NCBI GenBank assembly: GCA_043811375.1
Contig: JBDRNJ010000006.1
Location: forward strand, 32,001-96,000
Length of the DNA: 64,000 nt
Reading direction: 5' to 3'
DNA from: a bacterium
GTDB taxonomy: Bacteria > Zixibacteria > MSB-5A5 > GN15 > FEB-12
Below are positions 48,444 through 57,621 of this stretch, piece by piece; positions within the stretch are counted from its first letter, which is position 1, and the number at the start of each line of letters is the position of its first letter. A model generated the notes under the pieces. The model was not told the DNA's origin. It saw nothing but the letters and a program-made list of their open reading frames with translations, and made no database searches. The position numbers and the translations under genes were made by a program.

Positions 48444-50003
48444 CTACCGTGGTGTCAGCACCGCGAGCGGTACCACCATTTCTTCCAGGGAAATACCGCC
48501 GTGCTGGAATGAATCCTGAAACTGGCGCACCATTTCGTTGTAATTGTTGGGGTAGACGAAGTAGAAGTCTTCCCGGGCAACCAGGAAGGTGGTTGCCAGC
48601 TTAAACGATGGCAGTCGCCAGTCCTGCGGCTTCTTGATCAGGACCGATTCTTTGGGGTCCGAATTCAGGTTATCACCGTACTTGTAGCGCAGGTTGGTCG
48701 ATGTCGACCGCTTGCCGTGTGCCATCGTCCCGCGTCGGCACAGCACAGAGCCGTGATCGGAAGTTATGATGACGGTGAAATCCCGGGCGGCGAACGATTT
48801 CAATAAAGAAAACAACGGCGAGTGTACAAACCAGCTTTTCATAAGAGAACGGAAAGCAGCCTCGGTACCGGCGATTTCTTTGAGGATGACATTGTTGGAG
48901 CGGCCGTGGGCTAGGATATCCAGAAAATTGAATACAAATGTCACCAGTTGGCGGTCAAAAAAATCGGCCGCTCTTTTGACGATGGCTTCACCTTCAGTAT
49001 TGTCATTGATTTTGTTATAGCTGAGCTGGTGCGCCAGGCGCACGCCATTGCGAGCCAACTGGTCGGTCAGAAATTTTTCTTCGTGGCGGTTGAGCGAACC
49101 TTCATCCCCGCTGCTGTAGTTCTCGGGATAGGTGCGATGGATCTCATCGGGAAACATACCGGCAAACAGGGCGTTACGGGCAAACGGCGTGGCGCTGGGC
49201 AGTATCGAGAAATAGCAGTCCCTTTCAACGGAGTAGTAGTCTGCCAGCAACGGTTCCACCAGCATCCACTGATCCAGACGCATGCAGTCGACTACAATCA
49301 GCAGTACCCGCTGTTTCCGCTTCAGGCGGGGGATCACGTATTTATCCAACACGTCGGGCGAGAGCACCGGCCGCTGGTCGTTATGCAGCCAGCCCTGGTA
49401 ATTGTTCAGCAGGTACTTGGTGAACTCGGTATTCCACTCGCGACGGGTACCATCGAGAGCCTGTTCCAGACCGACATCAGCCTGCTCGTCCAGTTCCAGA
49501 TTCCACCAGGCAATAACCCGGGCGGCCTCATGCCAGTCCTCGGCCGCCATGGCGCCATACAGCTTCTGATTGAAGCGATTAATCTCAGTAATATAGCGGC
49601 GCATCGAGGAACTGCCGATGATCTTGCGGGATTGCAGCAGCCGCTTGATTACCAGCAGTACCTGCGAGGGGTTGACCGGTTTGACGAGGTAATCGGATAT
49701 CTTTTGCCCGATAGCTTCGTCCATCAATGTCTCTTCTTCCGACTTGGTGACCATAACCACCGGCAGGTGCGGCCGTTTTTCCTTGATTTCCTCCAGCGTG
49801 GTCAGACCGTCCTTGCCCGGCATCATCTCATCCAGCAGAACCAGGTCGAAGTTCTCTTTGCCAATGAGAACCAGGGCATCGTCACCGGACATGGCGCCGA
49901 CAACCTCGAAGCCCTTGTTCTGAAGAAACACGATATGTGATTGCAGAGAGTCTATCTCGTCGTCTACCCACAGGATTCTACTCTTGTCTGACTGACCTGC
50001 CAT
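48444..50003 (-). CDS. porX: PorX-like response regulator (REC + PglZ alkaline-phosphatase domain)
   Basis: ILWVDDEID, TKSEEE..MDEAIG..I.DYL.KPVNP.Q, SILPSATPFARN, SDHGS, FQHGGISLEEM. Confidence 0.88.
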   Translation of the reverse strand: MAGQSDKSRILWVDDEIDSLQSHIVFLQNKGFEVVGAMSGDDALVLIGKENFDLVLLDEMMPGKDGLTTLEEIKEKRPHLPVVMVTKSEEETLMDEAIGQKISDYLVKPVNPSQVLLVIKRLLQSRKIIGSSSMRRYITEINRFNQKLYGAMAAEDWHEAARVIAWWNLELDEQADVGLEQALDGTRREWNTEFTKYLLNNYQGWLHNDQRPVLSPDVLDKYVIPRLKRKQRVLLIVVDCMRLDQWMLVEPLLADYYSVERDCYFSILPSATPFARNALFAGMFPDEIHRTYPENYSSGDEGSLNRHEEKFLTDQLARNGVRLAHQLSYNKINDNTEGEAIVKRAADFFDRQLVTFVFNFLDILAHGRSNNVILKEIAGTEAAFRSLMKSWFVHSPLFSLLKSFAARDFTVIITSDHGSVLCRRGTMAHGKRSTSTNLRYKYGDNLNSDPKESVLIKKPQDWRLPSFKLATTFLVAREDFYFVYPNNYNEMVRQFQDSFQHGGISLEEMVVPLAVLTPR

Positions 50004-50012
50004 TAATGATCC

Positions 50013-51269
50013 TCACTTACCTGTTTGTACCGGCAACTGGATTTCAAAGACTGTTTCATCCGGTCGCGATTTTTTTAGTGATACTCGGCCGAAGTGCGAT
50101 TCTTCAATTATACGTTTCACCAGCGTCAACCCCAGGCCCCAGCCGCGCTTTTTGGTAGTGAATCCGGCTCGGAAAATTTTACGCGCCGCGGCCGCCGAGA
50201 TTCCCGGTCCGTTATCGCAGACCTCTACCACAGCACATTTTCCCGGTGGTTGCAATGATGTACGGACATTAACCCGGCCTGTCTTGGAATCAACCGTCTG
50301 CAAGGCGTTCTTAATCAGGTTTTCCAGCGCCCAACTCAGCAGTTCGGGATTGAGCGGGACATCCGGTATCTGCCCGGCCTCAAAGTTCAATTTTATTCCG
50401 CGACCTTCAAACGGCAGCCGGCGTCGATAGTACTCGACCGTTTCCCTTACTACCTGGTTAAGATCACTCGGCTGCAAGTCCGGGACCGAGCCAATCTGGC
50501 TGAAACGGTTGGCGATTCTCTCCAGCCGATTGATGTCTACTTTCATGTTGCCGGTAACCTCAGTCACCGTCACGGAACTGTCGTCCGTGGGATGTCCGGA
50601 CGAGCACTCGCTCACCATTACTTCCGTCCAGCCCATCAACGAGGATATCGGTGTTCCCAACTGGTGGGCCGTCTCCTTGGCCATCCCAACCCAGATGTGA
50701 CGCTCTTCACTGCGGCGTATGTTCTGAAAACCGATCATGGCCACCACCATAAAGGCCACTATTATGCCGATTTCGATAAACGGCATCAGTCGCAACTGAC
50801 GGATCACCCTGGAGTCACCGTAGCAGAAGTAGTTGACATGACTCTCGCCGAACCGTAACGGGAAGCGGCCGTGGGTTTCGGTCATTCGAGCGGCAGTTTC
50901 CCTGAGGTGTTCCAGCGCCTGAACGGACGTATCACCGGCCGGTACACCGTCGATATTGCGCCAATGAATCGGTTCCCCGTCAGTCGCCAGCACAATGATG
51001 GGAAAATTGGCTTTGACAATTATTTCATCGAATATGAACTGCAGTTCGGTGCCGGAAGTTGGGGAATTGGCTGCCATCTGCCACATGCGCACGTACTTCT
51101 GAACCTGAGATCGGGTATCCCTTTGCAGTTGACCAATGACATTAAAAGTGTACCAGATAAAAACAGTCGAGATCAGGACCACTCCGCCCAGCAGAAATGC
51201 CTTAAAGACAGTCGATTTGCCGATATAAAGCCGGGACGTGCGGCCGGGGATGGTCGATAGCATGGTCAT
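50013..51269 (-). CDS. membrane sensor histidine kinase, PorY-like
   Basis: two TM helices; WVGMAKETAHQLGTPISSL H-box; RFSQIGS; TTKKRGWGLGL. Confidence 0.8.
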   Translation of the reverse strand: MTMLSTIPGRTSRLYIGKSTVFKAFLLGGVVLISTVFIWYTFNVIGQLQRDTRSQVQKYVRMWQMAANSPTSGTELQFIFDEIIVKANFPIIVLATDGEPIHWRNIDGVPAGDTSVQALEHLRETAARMTETHGRFPLRFGESHVNYFCYGDSRVIRQLRLMPFIEIGIIVAFMVVAMIGFQNIRRSEERHIWVGMAKETAHQLGTPISSLMGWTEVMVSECSSGHPTDDSSVTVTEVTGNMKVDINRLERIANRFSQIGSVPDLQPSDLNQVVRETVEYYRRRLPFEGRGIKLNFEAGQIPDVPLNPELLSWALENLIKNALQTVDSKTGRVNVRTSLQPPGKCAVVEVCDNGPGISAAAARKIFRAGFTTKKRGWGLGLTLVKRIIEESHFGRVSLKKSRPDETVFEIQLPVQTGK

Positions 51270-52534
51270 CAGCCTATTGTCTCGATCCCGGCCATGTATG
51301 ACCGGAGAACTTCCGGTATCGTCACCGTGCCGTCGGCATTCTGGTAATTCTCCAGAATGGCGGCTACCAGGCGTGCCAGCGCTACTCCCGAGCCGTTAAG
51401 CGTATGCGGGTGGCGCACCTTGCCGTCCTCATCACGGAAACGACAATTCATCCGCCGGGCCTGGAAATCCTCGAAGTTCGAAACCGTAGAGATTTCCAGA
51501 TGCTGTTTTACACCCATCGCCCAGATTTCAATATCGTAAGCTTTAGCCGAGGCAAAAGTCAGATCGCCGGTGCAGAGTTGAACCACACGGTACGGCAACA
51601 TAAGTCCCCGGAGCACCTTCTCCGCCTGTGTCAGCAGGGACTCCAGTTCATCGTAGGAGTTTTCCGGTCGAACGATCTTCACCAGTTCCACTTTGTCAAA
51701 CTGATGAACCCGCAGCATCCCGCGAGTATCCTTGCCGGCCGCTCCGGCTTCCCGACGAAAACATGGCGTGTGTCCGGCCAGATACAGAGGCAATTGCTGA
51801 TAGTTGAGAATCTCATCGCGAAACAGATTGGTCAACGGCACTTCCCCGGTGGGAATCAGGTACATGTTATCTTTGTCGATCCGGTACATGTCATTTTCCA
51901 GCTTGGGCAGTTGCCCGGTGCCAAACATGGCTTCGGCATTGACGATGTAGGGCACGACATGTTCGGAGAATCCGTCGGCAGCGTGCAGGTCGAGCATGTA
52001 AGCGATTAGCGCTCGATGCAGCCGCGCGCCCATGCCGCTCAGTACATAGAAACCGGAACCAGCCACCCTGGCGGCTGCCGGAAGATGTACAATCCCCAAT
52101 TGGCTGCCGATCTCCCAATGCGGCAGAACTTCAAAATCAGCTTCCCTCGGTTCGCCCCAGTGGCGAATCTCCACGTTACCCTCGGTATCGGCACCGACCG
52201 GCACCGATTCATGCGGCAGATTGGGTACCCGGGACAGCTTTGTCCGCAAATGGTCGTCCAGTTCCCGCAGCGTCTTGTCCAGGGTGGCTATGTCCTGTCC
52301 GACTTGTTTCATGGCGGCGATGTCCTCATCAGCCGGTTCGGCCGCCTTTTTCTTACGGGCAATCTCTGCCGTCACCTGATTGCGTTTGGCCCGCAACTGC
52401 TCAACCCGATTTACGGTCTCACGCCGGCGACCGTCCAGGGCCAGTATTTCATCAATATCGGAATCATCCTTTTTCCTGGCGATGGCCTCTTTGACGGCAT
52501 CCGAGTTTTCCCGGATGAATTTCAAGTCAAGCAT
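51269..52534 (-). CDS. serS: seryl-tRNA synthetase
   Basis: MLDLKFIR, GTGQLPK, FRREAG, HQFDKVE, TLNGSG. Confidence 0.98.
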   Translation of the reverse strand: MLDLKFIRENSDAVKEAIARKKDDSDIDEILALDGRRRETVNRVEQLRAKRNQVTAEIARKKKAAEPADEDIAAMKQVGQDIATLDKTLRELDDHLRTKLSRVPNLPHESVPVGADTEGNVEIRHWGEPREADFEVLPHWEIGSQLGIVHLPAAARVAGSGFYVLSGMGARLHRALIAYMLDLHAADGFSEHVVPYIVNAEAMFGTGQLPKLENDMYRIDKDNMYLIPTGEVPLTNLFRDEILNYQQLPLYLAGHTPCFRREAGAAGKDTRGMLRVHQFDKVELVKIVRPENSYDELESLLTQAEKVLRGLMLPYRVVQLCTGDLTFASAKAYDIEIWAMGVKQHLEISTVSNFEDFQARRMNCRFRDEDGKVRHPHTLNGSGVALARLVAAILENYQNADGTVTIPEVLRSYMAGIETIG

Positions 52535-52593
52535 ATGGTTTCCTGTTGTTTACGTGCCTTTCAGTCGGTCGCCAATACAGCGTCCCAGTAACC

Positions 52594-52622
52594 ATTATAC
52601 ACCAATGGCAATGTTTAGTCAA
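52594..52622 (-). promoter_or_regulatory. sigma70 promoter of serS operon
   Basis: minus strand TTGACT-N17-TATAAT. Confidence 0.75.
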
Positions 52623-52796
52623 ACAGAGACCCAAGCGGCCTTACCGGCTGTATCGGTGGGGGAGACCGGCTCGCTGAGATTTATGAGTGGAAGTTTCCAG
52701 TCACGGGGGGGTAGATATTTCTTGCATTTACCGAGAATATATCTTATATGTTAAAATTGGACTGCAAGAGGCTCTGGAATAGAATTGAGGCCTGAC

Positions 52797-53015
52797 ATGG
52801 CAAAAGTATGCGAAATTTGCGGCAAGAAAACAACATTTGGACATAACGTTTCCCACGCCCACAATGTGACCAATCGACGCTGGTATCCGAATCTCCAATC
52901 TGTCCGGGCGTTGGTTAACGGCACCTCCAAGCGGATCAAGGTCTGCACTTCCTGTCTGAAAGCCGGCAAGGTTATCAAACCCAGCTACAAGAAAGCCCCA
53001 TCGGGCAAAGCCTGA
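52797..53015 (+). CDS. rpmB: 50S ribosomal protein L28
   Basis: [10 protein letters not shown]...[17 protein letters not shown]...VCTSCLK. Confidence 0.96.
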   Translation: MAKVCEICGKKTTFGHNVSHAHNVTNRRWYPNLQSVRALVNGTSKRIKVCTSCLKAGKVIKPSYKKAPSGKA

Positions 53016-53159
53016 CCGATTTGGAAGACAGGGTGGGCGGCCGGACGCTCGCGATCCGTAACTTGATTTCCTGAAAAATAAGCGACCGCCAGACCGATGA
53101 GAGGCCTGACGGTCACCCAGGGGGGCTATCCTATAGCTGGGGGAGCAGGTACACTAACG

Positions 53160-53927
53160 TCATGTGCTCAGAAGACCGAGCACCGTTTTAGCGCCGATAT
53201 GCGAGTGAGCCCACAGGGAGGCGCTCACCTGAAACTTGACCATCTCACCGATGAAGGAAGCATATTCTTTGGCGTAATCGGTATCACGAAGCACCGACTC
53301 GGCGGCCTGGAGATTTTCGGCTGTTACCTGCAGAGAAGCGCGATGAGTCTCCAACTCGTTTTTCTGAGTGGCGCCCAGATTGACCTGAACCGAATCCAGT
53401 TCGGCAATCGCGGCATCGATGGTCGCAATCGACTGTTCAGCCGTCTCAGCCGTCGACAGATCAATCCCCTCCAACTCGCTGATATCAGCCAGTGATTGCT
53501 GTGAACCATCCAGCAGCTTCATACCATTGTATTCAGCACTTCCAAGCATGTCGTTGTAGCTGGAGACAATGTATTGGCCCGTTGTCTCGTAAGCCTGTTG
53601 AGCGCTTTCGGAATTTCCTCCCGAATTGGCGGCGCCAACGGCCAGCGAACGAAGTTCCGATAGTTTGGAACGCATCTCACCGGTATACGACGAACCGGTC
53701 TCGTACTTGCCGATCGTGGCGGTGGTATTCTCAATTTCCTGGTTCAGCGTGGCTATCTGTGACCGGAGTTGTTCTGAAATGACCAGAACCGCCGGTCCGT
53801 CCGAAGCCCGGTTGATTTTCAACCCTGAAGACAGCTTCTCAAGCGGATTTTTCATACCCAGAAAGTGGGTATTCAAATTTCTGGCCAGTAAAGTGCTGCC
53901 CAGATCAAAACGAACACTCAAGCCCAT
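53160..53927 (-). CDS. minimal flagellin-like protein (D0/D1 only)
   Basis: LEKLSSGLKINRASD, YNG.KLLDGS, LGATQKN.LE, ENLQAAES.LRDTDYA; AAGGAGG RBS. Confidence 0.85.
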   Translation of the reverse strand: MGLSVRFDLGSTLLARNLNTHFLGMKNPLEKLSSGLKINRASDGPAVLVISEQLRSQIATLNQEIENTTATIGKYETGSSYTGEMRSKLSELRSLAVGAANSGGNSESAQQAYETTGQYIVSSYNDMLGSAEYNGMKLLDGSQQSLADISELEGIDLSTAETAEQSIATIDAAIAELDSVQVNLGATQKNELETHRASLQVTAENLQAAESVLRDTDYAKEYASFIGEMVKFQVSASLWAHSHIGAKTVLGLLST

Positions 53928-54248
53928 TGTAACCTCCTTGCCCGAAATGGCTATTGGTGGAGATGAGCATCCACTATGCCGTGCAGTAGAAAAGTTAACT
54001 TATTGTGTGATAAGGCATTGGAATTCCGGGGAATGTAAGGCTGTTTCTTTCGGTGCCGGAGTATGGGCCGCTGCCCATAATGTATGGCACAGAGGAGACT
54101 ATCGGGGTTGAGGGAAGCGGTTTCCGGTCGGTCCGTTGTATGGGTCGAGTCAGTCCCCCCGGTCTTTATCGGTGACAGAACCCAAAGGCGCTAACCTGTG
54201 GCACAGATACGAAGGGGCAAATGAACAGAGATGAAATGGCGGGGCCGA

Positions 54249-55247
54249 TCAGTATTTTTGGCGCCGTTCGACCATGTAGATGGAGCCCTGACGCTGTTTC
54301 GCGGCTTTCTTAAGATCGGCCAGCATCCGGGACAATTCGCCAGCATGCGAGAACTTACCGTTGCCGTTGACTATGACGGCGATTGAGACAGTCAGGAGAG
54401 GAAAATCCTCTATATCGCCCCGGCGGCTACGGGTGGTGATATGCCCGTGCTCGCGATCGTCAGGGTCGTAGCGATAAGGAATCAACGCATCGAAGGTCTT
54501 AATCGTCCAGGTGCAGACAGGATCGATCAGTTGCGGGGGAATCATCATTATGAAATCGTCACCGGCTACGTGACCAACGAAACCCTCGGGGCAGAGATCG
54601 AAAACGACATCCTTGATGATCGCTGCGGTCAACCGTATTACCTTATCACCGGCGGCGTAGCCATAGTAATCATTGTAAGCTTTGAAGTTATCCAGGTCGG
54701 CGTAACAGACGGCAAACTCCGATTTCATGTCGATTTGACGCGTAATCTCCTTTTCAATCGTCGCCGGGCCCGGCAAATGGGTGGATGGATTAACTGACAG
54801 GTCGCGGCGACTGCGTTCGATCACCTTTTTGATACGTACCCGAACCAACTGGTTTTTCCACTCACCGTAGAGAAAATCCTCCACGCCATTTTCATAGGCT
54901 GCCACCATCAGGCTCGCTTCAGGCTCGGGATGATACAAAATGATGGGGATTATCGACAAAAACGTGTTCTGTTTGATGGCCCGGACCAGTTCAATCTCCC
55001 CAATGAATTCCGACCTGCCCCCCATCAGGATGGCATCAACCGGGAACCGCTGACAGATGGTTACCAGTTGCTCTATGCGATCAAAGTAATGAGAACTGAT
55101 TTGATTGGGGTGGAAAAACTGCTCCATGTAAAAATCAAGACTTACCCCATCTTGTTTTATGGCAAAGTGATAGTGAGGTTTTCTTGGCCGGTCAGTCGTC
55201 TTTGGACCCGGCCAGTTCTCGAGGATGGTATTTTCTGTGTTCTGCAA
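54249..55247 (-). CDS. REC-like + GGDEF-domain protein (AGDDF variant)
   Basis: NPSTHLPG, DLDNFKAYNDYYG...GD, GHVAGDDF. Confidence 0.85.
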   Translation of the reverse strand: MQNTENTILENWPGPKTTDRPRKPHYHFAIKQDGVSLDFYMEQFFHPNQISSHYFDRIEQLVTICQRFPVDAILMGGRSEFIGEIELVRAIKQNTFLSIIPIILYHPEPEASLMVAAYENGVEDFLYGEWKNQLVRVRIKKVIERSRRDLSVNPSTHLPGPATIEKEITRQIDMKSEFAVCYADLDNFKAYNDYYGYAAGDKVIRLTAAIIKDVVFDLCPEGFVGHVAGDDFIMMIPPQLIDPVCTWTIKTFDALIPYRYDPDDREHGHITTRSRRGDIEDFPLLTVSIAVIVNGNGKFSHAGELSRMLADLKKAAKQRQGSIYMVERRQKY

Positions 55248-56088
55248 CCAGGTATTCCCGATCTATTGTCGTATATATCTGTGTTGTAGATATATCGGCA
55301 TGACCGAGCATTTCTTGCACGATCCGCAGATCGGCGCCCCCTTCCAGCAAGTGCGTGGCGAAGGAATGGCGAAAGGTGTGGGGGGAGACATTTTTGCTGA
55401 TTCCGGCCTTGATTACTCGCCGACGGATCGCCTTGAACAGACCGACCCGGGAATAACGTTTACCCCAACGATTGAGGAAAACATACCGGCTTAGAGTGTT
55501 CTTAAGAACTGCTGCCTGACAGTCCAGATGGGTTTGAACAGCCTTTCCGGCGTAGGTTCCCAGCGGAACCAGTCGCTGGCGGCCACCCTTTCCACGGACA
55601 CGAATAAAGCCGGCCTCGAACTCGATTTCACTTACAGACAGATTGATCAACTCTGAGATTCGCAGCCCGCAACCGTAAAGCAGTTCCACTACCGCCCGGT
55701 CTCTTTTACCCAGTGGAGTTTTGTCGTCGATAGCCGTAATGATACGGTCTATTTCTTCCGGTGAGAGGTAGTGGGGGTGATAACGGGAGATTCTGGGCGT
55801 CGGCAGAGCCGTAAACGGATTCTCCGTGACCAGACCGTGTTCTTTCAGATAGGTAAAGAACTGTTTAAGGCATGAGATTTTACGGGCTACCGTGGTTGGT
55901 TTGCGGCTCGCTGTCATCTGTCGGCGCAGGTAGTCGTTGGCATCTCGCAAAGATATGGTCTCAACACCGGTCTTTCCCGACTGCCGGCAGAACTCGACCA
56001 GATCGCGTTTGTAAGACGATAAACTGTTCGGCGAAAGACCTCTCTCCAGTTTGAGGTGCTGCAGGTAGTCGTCAACATGTGCCAGCAT
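55192..56088 (-). CDS. xerD: site-specific tyrosine recombinase XerD
   Basis: ERGLSPNS, RDRA..ELLYGCGLRISEL, SPHTFRHSFATHLL.GGADLR.VQEMLGH..ISTTQIYT. Confidence 0.92.
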   Translation of the reverse strand: MLAHVDDYLQHLKLERGLSPNSLSSYKRDLVEFCRQSGKTGVETISLRDANDYLRRQMTASRKPTTVARKISCLKQFFTYLKEHGLVTENPFTALPTPRISRYHPHYLSPEEIDRIITAIDDKTPLGKRDRAVVELLYGCGLRISELINLSVSEIEFEAGFIRVRGKGGRQRLVPLGTYAGKAVQTHLDCQAAVLKNTLSRYVFLNRWGKRYSRVGLFKAIRRRVIKAGISKNVSPHTFRHSFATHLLEGGADLRIVQEMLGHADISTTQIYTTIDREYLVAEHRKYHPRELAGSKDD

Positions 56089-56102
56089 TATCAGCAATTC
56101 CC

Positions 56103-56816
56103 TCAGCGACTATGGGCCATAGCCAGCACCGCACAAACGTGGTACCCGCCCTGCTCAAGTTCCCGGCAAGCCTCCCGAGCGGTGGCGCCGCTGGTAACAA
56201 CATCGTCGACCAGAATCACTCTGGTCGTTTTCTCACTGGTGTCGGTGACAGTGAAGACGTCACGCACGTTCTTTTCGCGCATGTTAAAGTTGAGTCGGGC
56301 CTGGGGTTTTCGCTTTTCAGTACGATGCAGGATGTCGGTTCTCATCGGTAGCTTCAGGAGTTGTGATATCTGCTCAGCGAACAGGGCCGCCTGATTGTAA
56401 CCCCGACGTCGTTCCCGGCCGGGATAGAGCGGTACCGGAATGACCAGGTCTGCTTTCAGGTCAGACAATTCTTTCTGAAACTGTTCGTAAAGGGGCGGCG
56501 CCAGGAGTGCTGCCGGGGCAGTCAGACCATGAAACTTGAACTGAATGATCACGTCCTGCAAGGGGGAAGTGTAGTTACCGTAGGCATACAGGGGCACAGA
56601 TATTCCTCCGCAGTCGGGGCATGTTTTCCCGGCGGGAAGAGTGGCAAAACAGCCGAGGCAGAGTGGCTGGTTGTAGGTATCAATCAGTTTCCGGCAGGCC
56701 GGGCAGATTCCCTTAGCGTCTTCATCGAATTTGCCACAAGCCAGGCAGAGCGGGGGCAGGATAAAGTCTATCAGCCCTTTCAACAGCGGGCTTTTTTTAA
56801 GAAGCGCAGGAAGCAT
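56103..56816 (-). CDS. comF: ComF family phosphoribosyltransferase-like protein
   Basis: N-terminal CxxC pairs, PVPL...R.RGYNQA, LVDDVVTSGAT. Confidence 0.9.
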   Translation of the reverse strand: MLPALLKKSPLLKGLIDFILPPLCLACGKFDEDAKGICPACRKLIDTYNQPLCLGCFATLPAGKTCPDCGGISVPLYAYGNYTSPLQDVIIQFKFHGLTAPAALLAPPLYEQFQKELSDLKADLVIPVPLYPGRERRRGYNQAALFAEQISQLLKLPMRTDILHRTEKRKPQARLNFNMREKNVRDVFTVTDTSEKTTRVILVDDVVTSGATAREACRELEQGGYHVCAVLAMAHSR

Positions 56817-56904
56817 GATTTACGGTTCTTCCGTTTGAGGCTCCGATTCCGGACATAGCTGGTGGCATCCACCACATCCGACTGCATAACGCCAACCGGG
56901 GCTA

Positions 56905-57549
56905 TCAGTCACCAATCTGTTCCAAAAGTTCCCGTGCCTGTGCCGCAGCGCGACCGTTCGGGTCCAGCAACAAATACTCCTGCCAGTGAACACGAGCCGA
57001 GTCGGCTTGTTGCAGGTCATAGAAAACAATGCCTAAGTTGAAATGGGCTATCGAATGCGACGGGTCGGCTTTCAGCACCTTTTGAAATTCCTCGATCGCA
57101 CGATACGGCAGTCCCATTCCGTGCAGGCAGGCGCCGTAATCGACTCGCACATCGCCGAAATCTTCCTGCAATGTCAGGGCTTTTCGGTAGCACTCGGCGG
57201 CCACCGCGAAATCAGCCTGGTCCATAAACTGATTGCCATACTCTACCAGCGCGCCGTAATCGGTCGGCATATTCTGAAGTATCTGTCCGATGTCATCCAT
57301 CTCGTCCGACGTTACGCTGCTGTGCGGCCGGCTCTCTCCGTCGGTGCCCGGCGCCACCGGCAGCGGCTTCTTGAAGATGAAGAACCCGGCCGTGATGGCC
57401 GTCATCACTACCGCCAGGATCAACCAGTTTCGGCGTCCGGCGGGATGCCTTGTTCTCACTGTTTTGCCGATAGCACCGACAGGTGCTCCACACGCCGGGC
57501 AATGCAGCGCTTTTAAGGGTACTCCCCGACCACATTCCCGGCATCTCAT
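56905..57549 (-). CDS. zinc-ribbon / TM / TPR protein
   Basis: CRECG..CPACG, TM helix, TPRs (HFNLGIVF, LDPNG). Confidence 0.75.
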   Translation of the reverse strand: MRCRECGRGVPLKALHCPACGAPVGAIGKTVRTRHPAGRRNWLILAVVMTAITAGFFIFKKPLPVAPGTDGESRPHSSVTSDEMDDIGQILQNMPTDYGALVEYGNQFMDQADFAVAAECYRKALTLQEDFGDVRVDYGACLHGMGLPYRAIEEFQKVLKADPSHSIAHFNLGIVFYDLQQADSARVHWQEYLLLDPNGRAAAQARELLEQIGD

Positions 57550-57621
57550 TCGGACGTATCCTCGTTTTCCCACCGGCCGACGACAGCACATACCGAAATA
57601 GAGATCATCTTCCACTACCCT

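Noticed and set aside
48948..49940. Long antisense ORFs (also 24322-25095, 38443-39273)
   Set aside because: Shadows of well-supported genes on the opposite strand in GC-rich DNA
54090..54200. sigma28 promoter for the flagellin (CCGATA motifs)
   Set aside because: No TAAA -35 at the correct spacing
55192..56088. Prophage or island integrase
   Set aside because: Sequence matches chromosomal XerD in a housekeeping context with no att sites or cargo
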